Source: Octopus vulgaris (lineage: Eukaryota). Taken from it: DNA of 64,000 nucleotides. Each line of letters starts with the position of its first letter. Position 1 is the stretch's first letter. Shown here one piece after another: positions 57,461 to 64,000 of the stretch. The notes beneath the pieces were generated by a model, which ran no database searches, was not told the origin of the DNA, and worked only from the letters and a program-made list of their open reading frames with translations. The stretch covers positions 58,466,001-58,530,000 of the forward strand of contig OX597814.1 of NCBI GenBank assembly GCA_951406725.2, in the 5' to 3' direction. Made by a program: the position numbers and the translations under genes.

Positions 57461-57825
57461 CAGACATTTCTATTGTCTGGTATAAATGAAATGCGAGCAT
57501 ATAATAATAATTACTAATTCAAACGCAAGGATTGTAAAGATTATTAATTTTCTAAGAAAATATTAATGGTCCCTTTCTATGAAGCCAATGAGAATATTTC
57601 CTTATACTGTTGTTAATCAGAATAGGGAAATCTTATTTTCTTGTAACCACCATTTTACTGTGCAGTGAATCGTTTTATACTCACAGATAAGTTGCACGCA
57701 AAAATACATACACACAAATTTATATACCCATGTACATATATACATACACACACATATATACACATATATATACGTGTGACTATATGTATATGCATTTATG
57801 TATGTTATATATATATATATATACG

Positions 57826-57856
<31 letters not shown>

Positions 57857-58099
57857 GCGTGTTCATGTATGTGTGTGCGCGTGTGTGATTGTGTGTATGT
57901 GCGTGTGTGTTTATGGTGTATGTGTGTGTGTGCGTGTACGTGTGTGTGAATAAAATAATGTCAATGAGGGACTAAAAGAAATCGTACAAATACAGAAACC
58001 AGCAAATATGTACGTTTATCAAACAAAAAATTTTTTCGTAATTAAATCAATTTTTCTTTTTTGTTATATAATTTAATTTTTCATTTATTTCAGCAAACA

Positions 58100-58201
58100 A
58101 TGGACTGTCGATTAATTGCATTAGTTAGTGTTTGTCTCTTCCTGCTGACGTCACCAGCTCTATCAGCACCAGCAGCAGATGCCAGAAGCCATCTTGAACA
58201 G
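58100..58201 (+). CDS. First coding exon of a secreted precursor, probably a neuropeptide prepropeptide (possibly PKYMDT/proctolin-like); gene continues beyond the window
   Basis: A T-rich tract and acceptor tttcAG end at 58093, ATG (acaATGg) is at 58100, and 34 codons give MDCRLIALVSVCLFLLTSPALSAPAADARSHLEQ. This has a basic n-region, a hydrophobic core and an A-L-S|A-P cleavage site. A phase-0 donor CAG|GTAGGC follows at 58202. The family assignment is from recollection of mollusc precursors and is unverified. Confidence 0.85.
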
Positions 58202-59233
58202 GTAGGCTCACATGGTACTAATATTTGTGTTGATATCGTTCGTAATCTGCTAGTTCCTTATTAACATTCTTTCCATTGTTATTATTGGTATTTGTGATTA
58301 AAAAAATGATAGATTCTTCGGAATGACAATTCACTTAATGAAATATATGATATCGTTTAGTTTAGTTTATAAAGTTCAAAATACAACAGTTGAAATATCC
58401 ATTAAACAAGTGCCATTAAACGTACAATGAAACAAACTGTAGATTCAATATAATTTGTTATACCAGTACATCAAACTTTCAACTTTGTTAGTCTGTGCTA
58501 AATAAATAATGACCCTGTACTTGTGATAGTCATTAAGCTACTGTTCTGTAATTAATTTCATGATATTAATAGCGTTTTTTCCTCAGTGAATATTGCATTC
58601 CGCACAATAGTTTCTTAAAAATTTCTTCCGGGCGGTAATTTTTTGGAATATATTTTTGGGAACAAAAATAATTAGAATGCTTCATATAGGATAGAAATGA
58701 AGTAAATTCTAACGTGAAGCCATGAACATGACGACATCGTTCCAAACGTTTCAGAAAAGATGAAGAATACGTGGACGAAAAACAAAGTAATAACTAATGT
58801 ATATAAGACACTTCTTTGAATATGAGAGAGACATCTATTTTCAGATAGATGTACATGCATAAAGCGTGTGTGTTTGGTCTGCGTGTGTGTATATATACGT
58901 ACATACGCACTTACATATCTATATTTAGAACATTGGATCTCGAGGCATATGATATAAAACTCTAAATACCTGCATGCAAATATTGGGGTGAAATACCATT
59001 TTGGATAGAAAATGTCGAAGTTTGCCCACGCCACCTGTATTATAACAGGCAGGGAATTGAGTCTCACGGACAGACTTTCACTTTTATCCGAAATAGTTTC
59101 TCAAACTATTATTTACATAGTAGTATATATAGCGTTTTGTGATGTGTTTCGAAAGCGAATTATCTACAAAATATTTATCAGACGTTCTCTAGAAAGTTTA
59201 TAATATCCTTATGATGTCACTAATACACATACA

Positions 59234-59272
<39 letters not shown>

Positions 59273-62200
59273 ACACACACAGTTTATAGATGTAATAGAT
59301 ACACAGTTTATAGGTGAAATATCGTTAGCGTACTCGTGATTAGTTGGGAAATGAACGTTTGTTAGTAAATCAGATTGAGATGTTTTGCACAGAGCTGAAT
59401 GTTTTCAACAAAAGCTGAAGTACATTCATTGTTATTCCAAAGAATACTTGAAATGTTGCGCTGTGAATTGTGCATTGTGTTGCGTTGTGCGTTGTGCATT
59501 GAAGACAATCAGTTACTATTTAATATACGACTATAATTTCAAATACAGTTTCATTATTTCTGTCTCTAACTGCCATATGATCGCCATGTAAATTTATGGA
59601 AGTTATCAAGTTGTATGTACGTAAGATTAAGTTTTTCGTATGCATATGAGATATAGTTGGCTTAGTAATTTTAAATGAATCCCTCATCATACATCCATTT
59701 GCTTTCATAGTTTTTGTTTGCACAGTATGCCCCGAAATATCCAATGGTGAGACAGATTGAGTAATGAGGGGTAGGGTTATCGATATGGGATAAATTGGAA
59801 CTAAATTGGATAAATTTGAGATGGTTGGTAATAAAAATTGATATCATCGTCAGTTTCCACGACGGTTGGTCCAGCGGTTTGAACTACGGAACTGCTTGCT
59901 CAATGATTTTATAAATAGTTCAATATTTCAGAAATCCTGTGCTCATAATGTAATTCTCAGGATCAGTTGTTGTGATACAATGCACGACAATCCTGAATCT
60001 TATAATTACATGTAGAGTTGATTCAAACTGCTTCCGTCGAGCAAATTGCACTCACAAGCCTTGCGTCAATAAAGGACTATATAAGAGAAACTTGCCGAAG
60101 ATGCTTCGCAGTAAGATCATACTCGAACCGTATGATTTCAAAACTAACTTCTTAACAATTGAACCCCCAAAGTGTCTACTTGAGTAAAATCATAAACATA
60201 TGATTTCAAACCGACACCATATATAAACACACGTACATAGACGGTACATTCACAAACTCTCACGTGCATATAAATATATATACACACAATACACACTATA
60301 TATGTGTGTCGTCTCTCACTCTGTCTTTCGTTATATATATATATATATGCTTATATTATGTACACAAGCGTGTAAACAGTTACACCAGTCTACACAAACA
60401 CATATATGTACATATGTAGAGGCCTTTAATAATTACTTTTTCTAATAATGAAAGTGCATATGAATCTGTTGGGAACTCAAACTCGATGATAATTTATTAA
60501 TTATGAAACGAAGCAGAAGTACTAAACGCAACAGATACTGAGAGAAATATATGAAATATTGTAAATATGTTTTTATGCGTATATCAGATGCTATCTCCGG
60601 TGAGTTGCCTTTGGCTTCAGCTTGATGTTCAGTTGGACGATATTTTTTCCTTTTTCTGTTTTTTCTTTGGTTATAAATTTCCTCAGCTTCAAACACTGTT
60701 AGAAAGTTTAAAGATTTATGATGTACAACTGATGTTCGGAAGTGTTGGGTTGGCAAATGAATGTGCCACCTGGAAATAAGATAATAGATTAACATTGAAA
60801 TATTAATGCGATCAATTGACAGACATGCTTTATGTTTTTATATTTTTCATTTGCTTTACGCTTTTAGCTTTCGTAGATTTTTGTTTCTTTTATGTTTGCT
60901 ACATTTATTGCTGTTGCTAGTGTTGTTAAAGTTATTGCTGTTTTTCTTGCTGAACATCATATACCTTTCTGTCATAGTTTTATTCCAACCAAAGCTGCAT
61001 TGAAATTTATGAATACAACAATATGTGTTTATGTAAAAGAAAGTATGACGCGGCTGTACTTTAACTTTCCTACTGAATATCAAATAGATCGCCGTAGCCT
61101 GTCGGCTTAGATGTAATGAGAAATAGACGCTGTGCTATTTGTTTTCGTGTGGTTCAAACTTCCACCACTAAAATGTATTTGTAGTAAAGACAACAGTCTC
61201 GAAATCTCGGCCCATGATGCTCTGTACATTCAGCTCTCTTTGCTGTCGGTAAGCTTAAACGCCGGCCTGTCAAAGATGATGTCTAGGACGAACTTTGAAC
61301 AAGCAAAATTCCTTCAAAAGTACAAAATTTAAGCTAATATCATCAAACCAGCACAAAAACGAGACTTTATCACCATTAGGCACATACAGCGAAAGTCTAT
61401 GGGAGAAAGATGATAGACTTTCAATATTAATTGCATTACTATAGCTTTTTAGCCTTCCATTAAATTTTTTCCCTATTTGTTTTCCATTCGCATTCTACCA
61501 AATATATATTATTTAACTTGAAATCCTTATCCTTTATTTTCCCGGTTCAAATACAGAAGGAAATGTTTACGCTAGTACCCGAACTTTCCCTGCTGGTCTA
61601 CTCTTTTCACAGTTAACTCTTTGTACAGACAACATTAATAGTTGTTGAGAGAAAACTTAAAAAATACAAAGGCTAAAAATTATTTTCTGTGTGGGTTCCA
61701 CAATATTTAGAAGAATAACTGTAAATGTAATATAAAAATATAAAGAAAACCCAATTTTCAGTATTTTTGAACATGATTTTAAAATTAGTCCTTACGTTGA
61801 TATCCAAATGCAAATATTAATTTTTAAAAGTCATTTAAATAAAATGAAGAAATATTTTTTTTTATATAATGAATTTGGCGAAGGATGAATATTTAATGCC
61901 CATGTCCATTAATTTATCAAATTTTAATTTAGCTGATTAATTTTTCGTTATCTTTTAGATTTCCACATTTATTAGAAGTAGTATTCATTATTTTAATTAT
62001 TAATTATTTGTATTGATTAATTTTTATTATTTAAGGGGAAAATAAACAATTATTGACACGTGAAATGTGCTAATTAATGCGCATCATTGGCAAATTTATG
62101 CTTTAATTAAAAGAATAATTTTATTCTTAACGAAATTAGCTTTTTCTGAAATTTTAATATAAAATATTTCTTTTATCCTAACTTACACAGAAAATCGTTA

Positions 62201-63129
62201 TGCTGCATCTTTCTTTTGCATCAAAAACGTTGACATTTTGGACTGATATTTCGCTTTCAACATATGATGTTGAGGGAAATACTCTTAGTTTATGTAAATC
62301 CACCCTCCAGAAAACACTGCACGGAACACACATCTAGCTGAAACAAAACTAAAACTAGAAGTGAACTCAAAGTGGTAAAAATTTGGAATATACACAATGC
62401 TACCGCTTCTCTGTTTTGTTTATATAACCCTTTGCCTGCCTAAAGCAGTTTCTTAAGTTTTTCCTAAACGTTCATACTTGCTTCAAACATTCTCGAGGCT
62501 TATTCAAACAATCCACATAAAATAAAACTTCCCTTTCATAAGTCCCGAGAAAATTTGGGGGTTGAAAAATTTGGGAATGTGTATAATATAAGATGCATGA
62601 ACGCCAGAGAAATATATGCTGTGAATCATATGACATACACAGAAAAAATAAAGGGTGAAATTTATTTACAATTTCTTCAAATTCCACCAGATTTATTAAA
62701 TGGTAACAGACAGATTTGACTATAAATGCTTCATATTTTTTCTACTCTACTAATTTTGACATGATTATTAGTATTAGATTCTTCTCTTTAAATCTTGTTT
62801 TAACTGCGACTTTAGATGTATGATTGATGTGATACTCTTCTCCCCACCCTGAAGTCCATTGCCACGAGTGAGCTTCATACTCGCAATCCCCGAATGTCTT
62901 GTTTTCCTTTTCTTCAAATTTTAATTATAATAAAGTATGAATTAACATTGGGAGTAAAACCCAAATTTGCAATAGGAATACAACTACATTTTCTGATTAA
63001 TGATTAAAAAATTCAATAAGTTAAAAAAATCGGAAAGAATAAAATATCGCTTCATGGTGTTGGCTAAAACACGCAACCTTCTTAAATTTTCCGATGTGTG
63101 ACTTATAGAAGATAATACAAGTATAGTAC

Positions 63130-63199
63130 TACATATACATATACATAAACACATATACACACACACGCACACACGCACGCACACACACACACACACACA

Positions 63200-63259
<60 letters not shown>

Positions 63260-63283
63260 TAGATAGATAGATAGATAGATACA

Positions 63284-63317
<34 letters not shown>

Positions 63318-63325
63318 CATATGTA
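63130..63325. repeat. Compound (CA)(TA)(GA)(GATA)(TACA) microsatellite
   Basis: Directly visible. Confidence 0.95.
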
Positions 63326-63439
63326 AATATACATAGCTCGTTAATTGATTATACCGTTACACGCGACAGACTGATAATATTTTAGTCAACCAAATTCTAA
63401 CTAATAACCTAATAAGTTACAGCTGAATTTGAAATGGTT

Positions 63440-63745
63440 GGGAAGATTCATAGCCACGTGTTGTGAGAGATTACCTAGAGTTTGCATGATTTACCCCTAG
63501 AAGTTTGAGTGTTTCGTTCATCATTCTTAAACAACCTTTATTCAGGGACGGGAAGCGCGACGTGAAGAAAATTCTAACTGGCCTCACCTTCAAGGTCCAT
63601 TCACTGTGTATATTGATATGAGATCATCATTTCGCGCCCATATGGTTGTGAAGCACGTGCCCAGTGTACCACTATCAGACGAGTAGTCACGATGGGTATA
63701 TTGGTTTTCGTATATGTGTACCCCAGTGTCACTGTGATAGCATGG
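63440..63745. mobile_element. Interspersed repeat, same family as 34445-34922
   Basis: catagccacgtgttgtgaga..gaaaattctaactgg..caccttcaaggtc..gatatgagatcatcatttcgcgcccatatggttgtg..tatcagacgagtagtcacgatggg..ccccagtgtcac. Confidence 0.75.
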
Positions 63746-64000
63746 TTTAGACTGTTGCATGGCGTTGGAACTTTTTGGTAATAACTCTTCTGATTCAGGC
63801 TACATTCACTAAATGTACCTCAAAGGGTTTTTAGATGTGATTAATCTATGTAGCTTATGTGATATGGACTCTTGTTTCAAATGTATATCATATTCCGTTC
63901 ATTTCTTGTCTTGGCATAATTTTTTTAATACTGCATGTCATGGCTGCGTGGTTGGTTCATAAGCAGAAGTTTATTCTCCTTAGCTTCTAGTTTTTCCATG

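Noticed and set aside
56339-57517. Overlapping ORFs up to 220 aa
   Set aside because: They arise from degenerate (GAC/GAT/GTG) triplet and (TACA)n low-complexity sequence.

Overview
This is AT-rich, microsatellite-saturated animal genomic DNA, most likely from an octopus or other coleoid cephalopod (inferred from recognisable SINE and LINE families, not verified). Nearly all ORFs in the track are artefacts of simple repeats. One real host gene is visible on the + strand. A 108-nt exon (58094-58201) encodes a signal peptide, MDCRLIALVSVCLFLLTSPALSAPAADARSHLEQ, of a probable neuropeptide precursor, possibly PKYMDT/proctolin-like. A TATA/Inr promoter with a non-coding exon at 12601-12730 is its likely start, which implies a ~45 kb first intron; the rest of the gene lies beyond the window. 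The remainder is transposon debris: a mariner 3' end, many tRNA-derived SINEs (including a tandem trimer and a chimera), L1/Tx1 relics, R4/Dong-type elements nested in (TAA)n tracts, hammerhead-like motifs and a ~155-bp foldback inverted repeat. There is no evidence of a prokaryotic system, CRISPR array or rRNA. Repeat boundaries are approximate and were read by eye.
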